Shown here one piece after another: positions 20,242-29,849 of a stretch of 64,000 bases of DNA. Each line of letters opens with the position of its first letter. The stretch's first letter is position 1. The notes beneath the pieces were generated by a model. The model was not told where the DNA came from. It was given only the letters and a program-made list of their open reading frames with translations, and did not search any database. This DNA comes from Candidatus Delongbacteria bacterium (GTDB lineage: Bacteria; UBA4055): assembly GCA_016938275.1 (NCBI GenBank), contig JAFGUZ010000169.1:1734-65733 (forward strand), read 5' to 3'. A program made the translations under genes and the position numbers.

Positions 20242-21045
20242 CTAGCGGTTAAAATTTGCTATAAAACTCTCAATTGAGTGTGAATTAGAAAATTGATAAT
20301 CAAAAAATTCTGAAAATTGTTTAGAGAACTCTGCATGTTCAATACTGACTGTTGTTTTTGTAACATTTGTTCCAGCTGTAACTTTATTTTCTAATGAAAT
20401 GAAAGTTAATTCCTGATCAAAAATTATCATTTTTAGAGGAACATTACTCATTATTCTTACTTCAGCACCATCTTTTTCAAACAATCTCAATGTATTAATC
20501 AATTCTTCGTCATAATTATCATGCACTTCAAATATAAATTTATATTTTATACCTTTTGTAAGTTTGGTTCCATTAGCCTTAATTCCACTAATTAAGCCAT
20601 CGTAAGGTGATTGATGATATGCTCTAATGATCTGTTTTACATCAGCATTTAATTGTTTTACTTTTTGAAAAATATAGTTTGGATCTTTCAGTATTTCTAC
20701 AAAATCTGATTCTTCATGTTCTTCTCTAAATCTATTATAAATTTGATCTAAAGAATCTGCTGTGTTTTTCAGTGCTACAATTTTATCTTCCAAATCTTTA
20801 TTGATTGAACTTAAACCTAGTTTTGGAGAAATAGCTCTGAATCTTTTAAATTTACCTACAGCTTTAACAACAAGTCCTTTTTTCTGTAGATTTTCTATTA
20901 CATAATAAATTTTAGTTCTTGGTACTCCTGATAGATCAGATATCTCAGTAGCACTTAAATCAATTTTCTTTAAAAGAGTATAGTATACTTTTGCTTCATA
21001 TTCAGTAAAACCAAATTTTATTAGTTCTTCGATATATTCATTCAT
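20242..21045 (-). CDS. TrmB-family transcriptional regulator
   Basis: MNEYIEELIKFGFTEYEAKVYYTLLKKIDLSATEISDLSGVPRTKIYYVIENLQKKGLV matches the TrmB wHTH. The start was moved to the internal ATG at 21045, which has a GGAGAAACT RBS; the ORF-track start at 21264 would add an implausible hydrophobic leader. Confidence 0.6.
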   Translation of the reverse strand: MNEYIEELIKFGFTEYEAKVYYTLLKKIDLSATEISDLSGVPRTKIYYVIENLQKKGLVVKAVGKFKRFRAISPKLGLSSINKDLEDKIVALKNTADSLDQIYNRFREEHEESDFVEILKDPNYIFQKVKQLNADVKQIIRAYHQSPYDGLISGIKANGTKLTKGIKYKFIFEVHDNYDEELINTLRLFEKDGAEVRIMSNVPLKMIIFDQELTFISLENKVTAGTNVTKTTVSIEHAEFSKQFSEFFDYQFSNSHSIESFIANFNR

Positions 21046-21250
21046 AGTTTCTCCGATTTGTACTTGACAAATAAAATAAATATTAAAAAAAATGAAATAA
21101 AAAAATGATGATTCTCGATAAATGAATAAAATGTAGGATAAGGAAGCTAAAAAAATCATCAAGGATACTTTATAACCAGATATGATAATATACTTGCTAG
21201 CATTTCTTATATTGTATAAATTCCATGCAAAATGATCTATGGAGTAAAAT

Positions 21251-21760
21251 GTGGAAAATAACAAAACTGATAGAATTATATCTTACTCTGCTATTGTCAT
21301 AGCATTAGCTTCAATAATTATTTCTATCTGGCAAGGGATTGAAACTAGAAATCACAATAGACTATCAGTAACGCCTAGATTAAACATAACATATCATGCT
21401 AAGTCAAACGAAATTAAATTCAAAGTCAAAAATAATGGATTAGGTCCTGCTTTGATAAGAGATTGTACTATTTCATTTGATGGGAAAAAATATAAATCAT
21501 ATGGACCAAATGAGCTTTATAAATTTCTAGAATACCTAGAAATTGAAGGTATTCTAAATTTTTCAATTATTGGTGAATCATCTTTAATACCAGCAGGCGA
21601 GGAAGAAAATCTACTTATATTTTATTCAGATTCTCTAAGCGAAGAGATGCTCCTTCATACTTTACCAAATTCATTAGGTTTTAAAATAGAATATTCATCC
21701 ATGTATGACGAGCATTTCACTTCTACAAATGATGTTTATGATGAATTGGATGAGAATTAG
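21251..21760 (+). CDS. Membrane-anchored hypothetical protein
   Basis: N-terminal TM helix IISYSAIVIALASIIISIW; no known domain. Confidence 0.35.
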   Translation: MENNKTDRIISYSAIVIALASIIISIWQGIETRNHNRLSVTPRLNITYHAKSNEIKFKVKNNGLGPALIRDCTISFDGKKYKSYGPNELYKFLEYLEIEGILNFSIIGESSLIPAGEEENLLIFYSDSLSEEMLLHTLPNSLGFKIEYSSMYDEHFTSTNDVYDELDEN

Positions 21761-21924
21761 CAATACTATTGTTTTTATCTATACAGGAACCTGCTCGAAA
21801 ATGCTAAATTTTCGAACAGATTCCTATTGTTATAAATCTTAACATTGAAATTATTGAAAGAATGAGCTTTTTAGAAAAATACAATAATAATCTAAATAGT
21901 ATTTTTCAATAATTCCAGTCAATC

Positions 21925-22749
21925 CTATTTCTTATCGATTCCTTGTTTAATATGATCTGGTAATACAGAGTTTACGTCAATTTCATTACCGTAATATTTT
22001 CTTACAATATCTATATATTCTCCATTTTCAACAATTTCTTTTAAACCTTTTTTGAAAGATTGTATAACTTCATTATCTTCTTTCTTAAACATAAGACTTG
22101 AGTTTGCTACAAAAAAAGGAGTTTCAACAGCTTCAAACTGTTCCGTAGATTTTGGAAATAATTCTTTAATGATATCCCATCCCGCTAAATCAACAGCAGC
22201 AACAAAATCAACTCGACCGGCTTCAAGTTTTCTAAAATTCAATTCAATATCACTTACATAATCGAGATTTAGTCCTTTTTTTTCTAAAGTTGAAACAGTA
22301 GAACTACCTCTAACCGTTCCAATTTTGTATTCTTTAAGCTCTCCTAAATCAGAATAAGATACACCATTTGGAAAATTACTTTTTTTATAGAAAAGAACAA
22401 ACCTTATAAGATGCAAATCTACAGCTTCCACTAAGTCAAGCTTTCCTGATGAATCAAGCCACTTTATAGTCCCTACTAATCCGGTACTACCTTTATCAAA
22501 CAATGACCATGAAGCTCTTGTCATAGGGACATACTTCAATTCAATGTTTTCATCAGCTTTTTTAAAAGCTTTTTCGACAATCTCAATCGAAAAGCCTTTT
22601 TTGCCATCAGATGAAATTTTTTCTATCTGAAACGGTGGATAGTTTACAGCAGAAATGGAAATTAACTCTTTAGATTCCAATAACGGAACTAAAACCAATG
22701 CCAGACTTACAAAAACTACATAAAATAATCTGCTCATACGATTCTCCAT
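21925..22749 (-). CDS. Periplasmic solute-binding protein, family 3-like (SBP_bac_3)
   Basis: Signal peptide and two-lobe SBP pattern; paralogous to 35129..35854. Confidence 0.55.
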   Translation of the reverse strand: MENRMSRLFYVVFVSLALVLVPLLESKELISISAVNYPPFQIEKISSDGKKGFSIEIVEKAFKKADENIELKYVPMTRASWSLFDKGSTGLVGTIKWLDSSGKLDLVEAVDLHLIRFVLFYKKSNFPNGVSYSDLGELKEYKIGTVRGSSTVSTLEKKGLNLDYVSDIELNFRKLEAGRVDFVAAVDLAGWDIIKELFPKSTEQFEAVETPFFVANSSLMFKKEDNEVIQSFKKGLKEIVENGEYIDIVRKYYGNEIDVNSVLPDHIKQGIDKK

Positions 22750-22823
22750 TTTTTTAATGTTTTCTTCATTAGGAATTTTGCTATAAAAAAAATATACACT
22801 TTTCTTAACTTCTATGTCAAGCT

Positions 22824-25151
22824 TTATTTCTGATGATCACTTTTCTCATAATTTTTCAAATCCTGGATTCTCTCTAAAAGATCATCCCTTTTAAACAACT
22901 TAGCTTGTTCCTCTAATCTTATAATTTTCCTTTTATTTATCTTTCTTTTTTTTATTGTTAGATTCAGTTCAACCTCCTCGATCTCTACCTCGCAAATTCT
23001 GAACAAATCATGATTTATTTTAAAATGTCGTTTACAGTTTCTTAAACATTTAAATGCCATATCATAATGATTTAAACCCTTATAGGCATAAAACTTACCT
23101 TGATATGCTAAACCTACAAATAGAACTTCATTATTTCTTTTTGCCAGTTTTAATTGTTTATCAAAATATAAAATAGCATTACTATAATGTTCTAATTGCA
23201 ATGAGCAGATACCTAAGTTTGTTATAGCAGTAAACTTCAATCGTATATTATCAATATTTTCAGATAAATGAAGCTGCTGATTAAATCGATTGATCGCTAT
23301 TTTATATTTTTTTTTACTTAAGTAGACCGCTCCAATATTTCCCATAGCAGTTGCTATAAATTCGAGATTTTTCATATTTGTAGAAATCTCAAGATCTTTT
23401 AAATGACACTTAAGAGCTTCTTTATATTTTTTTAAAGACATCAAACATATTCCTTTTATCCTATAAGCAATTGCTCTCCCAATGTCACTCTTAATTTTTC
23501 TACTAATTGATAAATAATTATCAGCATACAAGATACTTTGGGTATAATCATTTTTTCGTAATGATAGCATTGCTAGTTTACTTAAACTCTCACCTTGAAG
23601 TTGAAGATTAGTGTTCTTATAACCTAGTTCAATCAATGGTTTATAGTATTTTTCTGCTTCATCGATATTATTTCTAAACAAATAGAGTCCACCAATTCGA
23701 CTAAGGACTGTTGCTTCTAAAGAATAATCTTCTATCCTTTTGGCTACCTCTCTTGCTTTCAAAAGATAAAATCTACCCTTTTCTGTCTCTCCAATTGTTA
23801 AGAAATATGTTCCTAAATTGAGTTGTGCAAAATATAGATCTTTAGGACGATTATATTGCTTTGACAATGTTTCAAGCTTTAGAAAAGTATCTATTGATAA
23901 TTGTTTTTGGCCAGTTTTTTTATAAATATTTGACAAATTTGAATAACTCTCAATTTTTAAGTCTATACTATCTTCAGCACAATTATTTATACAATCAATA
24001 TAAAAGCTTTGAGCTTGAGTATAGTTTAGTTTAATCTCATTGAATTTTGCAGAGATAAAATAATATCTCGTTGAAGTTAAACTATTTTTTTTGATCCACA
24101 TCTTATATATGATCAACATTTCTTCACAAATATCAAATTTTTCATTAAAAGAGGCTTTTTCAATTACAAGAGAAAGTAGAAGTTCAAATTCTGGAATAAC
24201 ATACTTATTCTCAATTAAATAACGAAAAATTGGAATATACATTTTCAAAGATAAATTCATTGCTTTTGTTTCTAATTCAGTAGTTAGATATATTATAAAC
24301 TTACGAGCAAATTTAAAACTCATGGAAAATCGTTCAAAGTTTAGTCTCTCAAACAAAGGTAAACACAACTTAATATCTCTATAATTCACAAACTTGTTAA
24401 GATTAAACTTTAAAATTTCAATAATTGAACTAATTCTTAATTCATTCAAACTCTTAAAATTCAATTTACTAATTAGATGTTTTAAATCCAGATAATAAGA
24501 ATTTTTAAGTTTAACTTTTATTGGAGGAGAGTTTGTATAGTTTGATACAATATTATAAAAGGGACCACTACTTTTTGCATAATGAAAGAATCTTCCCATA
24601 CCAACTTGTACCTTATCTACATGATCAAAACCGTTTAACAAAGTGGTATTTTTAAAGACATATTCAGCAAAATTAGCATTAGTTTGAGAGATGTTTTCAT
24701 TTGTAAAACCAATAATTATCGTATCACTTTTTAAATTGTGAGCTATTTGTATATATTTATATAAACTTTGCACTTGCAAAGGTACAGTATTAAATTGAAT
24801 AACAACTGAATTTACTTTGTTATCTTCTGAAATATATTGAGAAATCTTTTTTAAAACAGTAGATTCTGAAGCCTCAATTTCAAACTCGTCAATTATTTTA
24901 CTTGCACTCCATTTTGGATAAACTGTTTTTGCTGTGATAATTGTAGAAACTATATCATCAGATAAAGAAGAAGGATGAGTTTGTAGTAGTCTAGACTTTG
25001 TTTTCAGTCCAAATTCACCTTCAAGTTTATATCTTTTCACCCATTTTGAAACACTAACTCTAGAAATTTTATATATTTCAGCACTATAAGTGATACCTTT
25101 TTCTAAAGCAGTCTTTACTACTTTGTATCTTAGTTCTGCATTTAACTTCAT
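22824..25151 (-). CDS. Regulatory protein with an N-terminal transposase-like HTH and a C-terminal TPR repeat array
   Basis: N-terminal LRYKVVKTALEKGITYSAEIYKISRVSVSKWVKRYKLEGEFGL is an HTH resembling the IS630/IS3 OrfA family; multiple 34-aa TPR-like repeats follow. Confidence 0.55.
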   Translation of the reverse strand: MKLNAELRYKVVKTALEKGITYSAEIYKISRVSVSKWVKRYKLEGEFGLKTKSRLLQTHPSSLSDDIVSTIITAKTVYPKWSASKIIDEFEIEASESTVLKKISQYISEDNKVNSVVIQFNTVPLQVQSLYKYIQIAHNLKSDTIIIGFTNENISQTNANFAEYVFKNTTLLNGFDHVDKVQVGMGRFFHYAKSSGPFYNIVSNYTNSPPIKVKLKNSYYLDLKHLISKLNFKSLNELRISSIIEILKFNLNKFVNYRDIKLCLPLFERLNFERFSMSFKFARKFIIYLTTELETKAMNLSLKMYIPIFRYLIENKYVIPEFELLLSLVIEKASFNEKFDICEEMLIIYKMWIKKNSLTSTRYYFISAKFNEIKLNYTQAQSFYIDCINNCAEDSIDLKIESYSNLSNIYKKTGQKQLSIDTFLKLETLSKQYNRPKDLYFAQLNLGTYFLTIGETEKGRFYLLKAREVAKRIEDYSLEATVLSRIGGLYLFRNNIDEAEKYYKPLIELGYKNTNLQLQGESLSKLAMLSLRKNDYTQSILYADNYLSISRKIKSDIGRAIAYRIKGICLMSLKKYKEALKCHLKDLEISTNMKNLEFIATAMGNIGAVYLSKKKYKIAINRFNQQLHLSENIDNIRLKFTAITNLGICSLQLEHYSNAILYFDKQLKLAKRNNEVLFVGLAYQGKFYAYKGLNHYDMAFKCLRNCKRHFKINHDLFRICEVEIEEVELNLTIKKRKINKRKIIRLEEQAKLFKRDDLLERIQDLKNYEKSDHQK

Positions 25152-25271
25152 TAAAATCCCATCAGAATCAATTTAGATAATGTAAACTTAAAATATCAAA
25201 ATTTCATCTATAATTGTTTTCATTCTCATTAATTTTATATTCCATGAAAAGAAAATAAAAAAGGAGTCGAT

Positions 25272-26882
25272 ATGAAAACAATAATCCTAATCTTACTTCT
25301 AAATGTTGTAAGCAATATGTTTGCTTCTCAGAAGGGTGAGATAACTCTATTTGAAGAAAATTGGGAAAGTTACCCTGAAGAGGTTTTACCCTTACCTGAG
25401 TATGACCCAAACTGGAAAACAATAATTCACCCTAATGGATCTTATTTTGGTATATGGGCAATTGCCCATGGAGGTACTAGATCTGTTTCCCATTCGACTG
25501 TAGGTCAAGTTTCTGGAAGTCCAAGAGATTGGCTAATTTGTAAGAAACCTTTGGTAATTCCAGAGTATGGTGGAGAATTATCCTTTTGGGCATTATCTTA
25601 TGAACCTCAAAACATAGAAATAAGAGTTTCTGAGACAGTTTATACAGATACGACCGCATTTTCAAGTTATCTATTCAATGAGTCATTTCAGTCCGCTTCA
25701 TTTGCAAAACAAGTGTTTGATTTGACTCCATATGCTGGAAAAACAATCTATATTGCCTGGAAAAGAAAAGGTCCATATGGTTATGCACATGGATCAAATT
25801 GGATTATAGATGACATAAAAATGATTGGGTACACTGAAGATCTTGAAGCTCCAATTTGTGAATATATTACTGGAAATATTGGTCTTGTTGGAAAATCTGT
25901 TTTTTTAAGAGCTAAGATGAAAGATCAAACTAATATCGAATCAGTTTATGGTAGAAGTGAGATTAATGGACAAGTTTCAAGTGATATACTTCTCAGTGAA
26001 AGTGAGCCAGGTAGTGGTGTATATATATTTGAGGTTCCTTACGTAGATGGTGAGTATACAGGATCTGTAAAATTTATTACTAGGGATACTTTAGGAAATG
26101 AAGGAATAACTGAAAGTTTTGAAATAAACTGGAAAAACTATCTTTTATCTGAAAATTTTGAAGATTTGTTTCCTCCTATTGGTTGGTACAATAATGGTTG
26201 GAAAAAAATGAATCAATATGGAGCAAACAATTCATCATGTGCATACAGCAATTACTTAGATGACGGAGAACTTGAATCATCACCTATTAAATTAACAGAT
26301 GATATGCAACTAAGTTTTTATTGTGCGAATAGGTATCTTTATAAGAATTCAAAAATTGAAGGAATAGACACATTGTTTTGTGAACTAAAAACTATAGGTG
26401 AAGATGATTGGACAATTGTAACTATTCATTCTCCTGAAACTCCAGATGAGTCTCATGTGAAATATGTTATCGATCTTAGTCCAGTGAGTGGAGAGGAGAT
26501 TATTCTTCGTTGGAGACACTCTACTAATGGATCATTTCAAGCCGAAGGAGCTCTTGTAGATAGTATTCTAGTTTATAAGAATAACACAACTGCAATTGAT
26601 GATGATGTTACATTTGCAAATACAGCCAAAATAATTGGAGCTTATCCGAATCCTTTTAATCCTACGACTACAATTTCTTTTGAAACTTCAATGAATGGAA
26701 ATGTTAGATTAACAGTTTTTAACTCAAAAGGAGAATTTGTTTCTGAATTAATTAACAAGAATCTAAATAAAGGAAATCATAAAGTTAATTTTGATGCTAC
26801 TTCATTACCTACAGGTGTTTTTTACTATACACTGGAAACGCCTTTCGAGAGTTTAACGAACAAAATGGTATTGGTAAAATAA
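25272..26882 (+). CDS. Secreted protein with a T9SS C-terminal domain
   Basis: Signal peptide; C-terminal IGAYPNPFNPTTTISFETS…TGVFYYTLETP…NKMVLVK. Confidence 0.7.
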   Translation: MKTIILILLLNVVSNMFASQKGEITLFEENWESYPEEVLPLPEYDPNWKTIIHPNGSYFGIWAIAHGGTRSVSHSTVGQVSGSPRDWLICKKPLVIPEYGGELSFWALSYEPQNIEIRVSETVYTDTTAFSSYLFNESFQSASFAKQVFDLTPYAGKTIYIAWKRKGPYGYAHGSNWIIDDIKMIGYTEDLEAPICEYITGNIGLVGKSVFLRAKMKDQTNIESVYGRSEINGQVSSDILLSESEPGSGVYIFEVPYVDGEYTGSVKFITRDTLGNEGITESFEINWKNYLLSENFEDLFPPIGWYNNGWKKMNQYGANNSSCAYSNYLDDGELESSPIKLTDDMQLSFYCANRYLYKNSKIEGIDTLFCELKTIGEDDWTIVTIHSPETPDESHVKYVIDLSPVSGEEIILRWRHSTNGSFQAEGALVDSILVYKNNTTAIDDDVTFANTAKIIGAYPNPFNPTTTISFETSMNGNVRLTVFNSKGEFVSELINKNLNKGNHKVNFDATSLPTGVFYYTLETPFESLTNKMVLVK

Positions 26883-26907
26883 AATTTTATCATAACTCAA
26901 TGCGACA

Positions 26908-26945
26908 AAGATCTGATCTTTACAAGTTCAGATCTTTTTTATTTG
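26908..26945 (+). terminator. Rho-independent terminator
   Basis: AGATCTGA-TCTTTACAAGT-TCAGATCT followed by TTTTTTATTT. Confidence 0.6.
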
Positions 26946-27142
26946 GTTTTAATGAATTGATATCAAACCCTAATCTTTGGTTGCCAAGCTTCAAACAACA
27001 AAATGAAGAGTCTTATTAGGGAAAATCTCATTAGATCTAGCGATATCAATTAAACTTGAAAAAAGTTAAGTTAGCCTTACTATGCGTTATAGTTATCATC
27101 TGTGTAACTCGTTTCATGCTAATTTGTTAAACATATTGCGTA

Positions 27143-28645
27143 TTATTTTCTGAAACGACTTTTTTTTGAGACTTTACTTCTATCTTCAAAAACAACCATA
27201 TCCGTATCTTCCAGATATGTATCAAAATAGAAGTTATTGGTATTATCATTATATTTCTTTAAAGTTTTTTCAATACGATGAAGAGACTCTTCCATCATAA
27301 GTATTAAATTTGATACTTTTATATCAAAGTTCAATGAATTTGTATATGATAAAAAAAGCTCTAAACTTCCTTTTAAAATTGAAAGAGGTTGATTAAGCTC
27401 ATGGTTTGTAGTTGCTATCATTGCCAGTACAGAATTTCTCTTTTCAAGTCTTACAATCTCTTCCTGAGATTGAATAAGTTTTCTATTTAATTCTTCAAGT
27501 TTAGCAACCAAATCTGCTAACTCTATATTCTTAAGTTTGAATACTTCAGATTCAGCTTTTGCTAATAAAGTTTCGTTTTCTTTATTCTTTAGATCGAATT
27601 TAATCTGAAGTTCCTCAATTATCCTATTTTTTGATTCCTCCTGTATAATCTGAGATAAATCGAAACCATCTTTAAAATATTGTAAAGAGTTCGTTAAATC
27701 TTTTTTTAGTTCATAACATTCCGATAAATTCATATAAAGAGACATTTGAAGATCTTGATAATGGTTTTCTTCTGAAATTTTTTTGCTTTTCAAAAAGTAA
27801 GCTATTGACTCATCATAATTTTTCAAAAATTTTTCCACAAGGCCCAAACTTCTATAGCCTATTGCCAATGTTCTTGGATCACCAATAATTAAATATAATT
27901 TGAGAGCTTTTAAATAATATTTTCTTGCAGTTTTAAAATTTTCAGTTTTCAATGACAAAGCTCCAAAATTTGTAAAAATTGCTCCCTTTATTCTTATATC
28001 AGAAGTTTTCTCTACTATTTCAAGTGCTTCAGCGAGGTAATTTTCTGAGCTCTGGTAATCGTTTTCATCTTTACACAATAAACCTAAATTGCTAAGTGAA
28101 GATGCTATAGATGTTAAATCATCAGCTTTTCTTCTGAGTTCTAAACTTTTGACAAAACATTTTTTTGCTTCGTTAAGTTTTTTCTGATGCCAATAAACTC
28201 TCCCAATTAGATTCATGGTTAATGCGAATTTTTGAGTATCATTTTCTTTACTCTCATAAAAATTATAAGCTTTATAAAGATTTATTAAAGCTGATTCGAT
28301 TTTATTTTGATCAGTCAAAATTCGCCCAAGAATATTAAGCGAATCACCATAATATTCATAAATTTCAAGACTTTCACACAACTTGATTTGCTTTTCACAA
28401 TAAGTAACAGAATTTTGAATATCCCCATTTTCGAAATAATATTCACCTAACTTGTTAAGTATAATTAGATAGGTTCTATCGTCACATAACTTCGATGATA
28501 ATGATTCGATATGTAATAAAATTGAGTAATAGTTTTTATGTGTTTTATTACTTACATTCTCGAGATAGTTAATAATTATTTTTTTATTTTTTGAATAAGA
28601 ATCCTCTTTCAGTTCAAGCAAAATATCATTGTTTTCTAATGTCAT
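27143..28645 (-). CDS. TPR-repeat protein with a HisKA-like phospho-acceptor domain and no ATPase domain
   Basis: Long TPR array, a coiled coil, then the H-box LAMIATTNHELNQPLSILKG. The 90 aa after the H-box contain no N/G1/G2 boxes. Confidence 0.5.
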   Translation of the reverse strand: MTLENNDILLELKEDSYSKNKKIIINYLENVSNKTHKNYYSILLHIESLSSKLCDDRTYLIILNKLGEYYFENGDIQNSVTYCEKQIKLCESLEIYEYYGDSLNILGRILTDQNKIESALINLYKAYNFYESKENDTQKFALTMNLIGRVYWHQKKLNEAKKCFVKSLELRRKADDLTSIASSLSNLGLLCKDENDYQSSENYLAEALEIVEKTSDIRIKGAIFTNFGALSLKTENFKTARKYYLKALKLYLIIGDPRTLAIGYRSLGLVEKFLKNYDESIAYFLKSKKISEENHYQDLQMSLYMNLSECYELKKDLTNSLQYFKDGFDLSQIIQEESKNRIIEELQIKFDLKNKENETLLAKAESEVFKLKNIELADLVAKLEELNRKLIQSQEEIVRLEKRNSVLAMIATTNHELNQPLSILKGSLELFLSYTNSLNFDIKVSNLILMMEESLHRIEKTLKKYNDNTNNFYFDTYLEDTDMVVFEDRSKVSKKSRFRK

Positions 28646-28879
28646 AGTTCATCCTATTAGTAACTATTAATTTAATATAACTGCAATTCTACTTTTTTAT
28701 ATTTAAATTGTTCGAGGCTTCAATCATTTGTTTTAAAAGAGATGCAACTTTCAACCAGATGATATCAATTGTTGTTTTCAAGAATTATGTGAAATAATAA
28801 AAAATCATTAATTTCACTCTTAAATATTTCTCTCAGTTTTATAAAACTACAAAAAAACTAAATTGTTATTTTTTCATTT

Positions 28880-29400
28880 CTTCTGAGTTGATTGATTTTT
28901 TTATCATTTCAATAATCTTGATCGCTTTATACGCAGATTTAATTTCTAAATATTCACTTTTTTTATTATTTACTTGGTAACTCAATACGTGACGCATTAC
29001 TTCTTCATAATCATCTAAAAACAAAGTTTTAATTTCCTCTTTTTAGCCATTTTCATAATATATTTCAAATTCTTCAGTTTTTTTTCTCCGTAAGAGACAT
29101 GAAACATTAATAATCCTTTCTCATACATTAATTCAAATCCAACAATAAATGGTGAGTTTTTGGGTAAGTTAGAAACACTTTCTACTATTAATAATTTATT
29201 ACTTTCCTCAAATTTAAAAATACTTACTACAATAGATTTTTTATCTATATCAACACCTTGAGTAAATAATTTTTAAGGAACTCCAATTGTTTCCAAAATA
29301 AATTTGATATGACCACATTTCTAAGAACGAGGTGTGATTGGACCAATGATTCAATTTTCGGGTCATGATCAGATGACTGAAATCGTTTGATCAACCTTTT
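28880..29400 (-). pseudogene. Decayed gene remnants: frameshifted and stop-interrupted fragments of an unknown gene
   Basis: Minus-strand translation gives peptide runs (…GVDIDKKSIVVSIFKFEESNKLLIVESVSNLPKNSPFIVGFELMYEKGLLMFHVSYGEKK…, …FLDDYEEVMRHVLSYQVNNKKSEYLEIKSAYKAIKIIEMIKK…) split across three frames. Confidence 0.3.
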
Positions 29401-29440
29401 TTGTATTGAATAGAAGATTCTTTATTAAATAAATGCAAAG

Positions 29441-29770
29441 ATATCTTGCACCAGCGTAGGTTTATCCTCGCAAAGAAAGGTAATATCTGATGCCAGTCAA
29501 ATGTTAAATCATTTAAATGTAAAAGTAACGATAATCTTTTCAAATAAAAGCTCTTGGTTTATTTTAAGATGGATAGAAACAGAGGTTGAGCTAGCAAAAC
29601 TAGCCGTTTTCAACAGCTACCCCCTACATATTGTAAATTAAAATGTAAAATTCTGTTCTCTGTTCCGTAAAAGCTATTTCCTCAAGGCTGATAAGCTCAG
29701 CTGTTCAACCTTTTTCTTTAAAACTTTATTACAAAAAAGGCAACCCCATTACCAGCGATGAAATCGCTGG
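29441..29770 (+). repeat. Repeat element copy A (about 330 nt), ending in the hairpin CCAGCGATGAAATCGCTGG (29752..29770) plus a T-run
   Basis: The 5' 65 nt (TATCTTGCACCAGCGTAGGTTTATCCTCGCAAAGAAAGGTAAT…) and the 3' hairpin are about 80% identical to an inverted copy at 63635..63845. The same hairpin recurs at 47414..47432. Confidence 0.6.
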
Positions 29771-29849
29771 ATTATTTCTCATTTTTTTTAATAAAAAAAT
29801 AATATTTTATTACATAATTTAGTTAAAATGTTTGGAATGCAATTTTTTA

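Noticed and set aside
21045-21264. Upstream 74-codon extension of the TrmB regulator given by the ORF track
   Set aside because: The extension is an implausible hydrophobic, low-complexity leader. The internal ATG at 21045 has a good RBS and begins exactly at the conserved TrmB N-terminus.
28880-29400. Searched the decayed region downstream of the giant adhesin for a displaced T9SS C-terminal domain (NYPNPFNP)
   Set aside because: No such motif appears in any frame. The fragments resemble an unrelated small gene broken by frameshifts, so the pseudogene call stays generic.
29752-29770. GC-rich hairpins at 29752, 47414 and 63635 interpreted as ordinary intrinsic terminators
   Set aside because: The stem sequence is identical at all three sites and is embedded in longer homologous blocks; copy B lies upstream of, not after, the nearest gene, so these are better treated as a repeat family. 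They may still terminate transcription.
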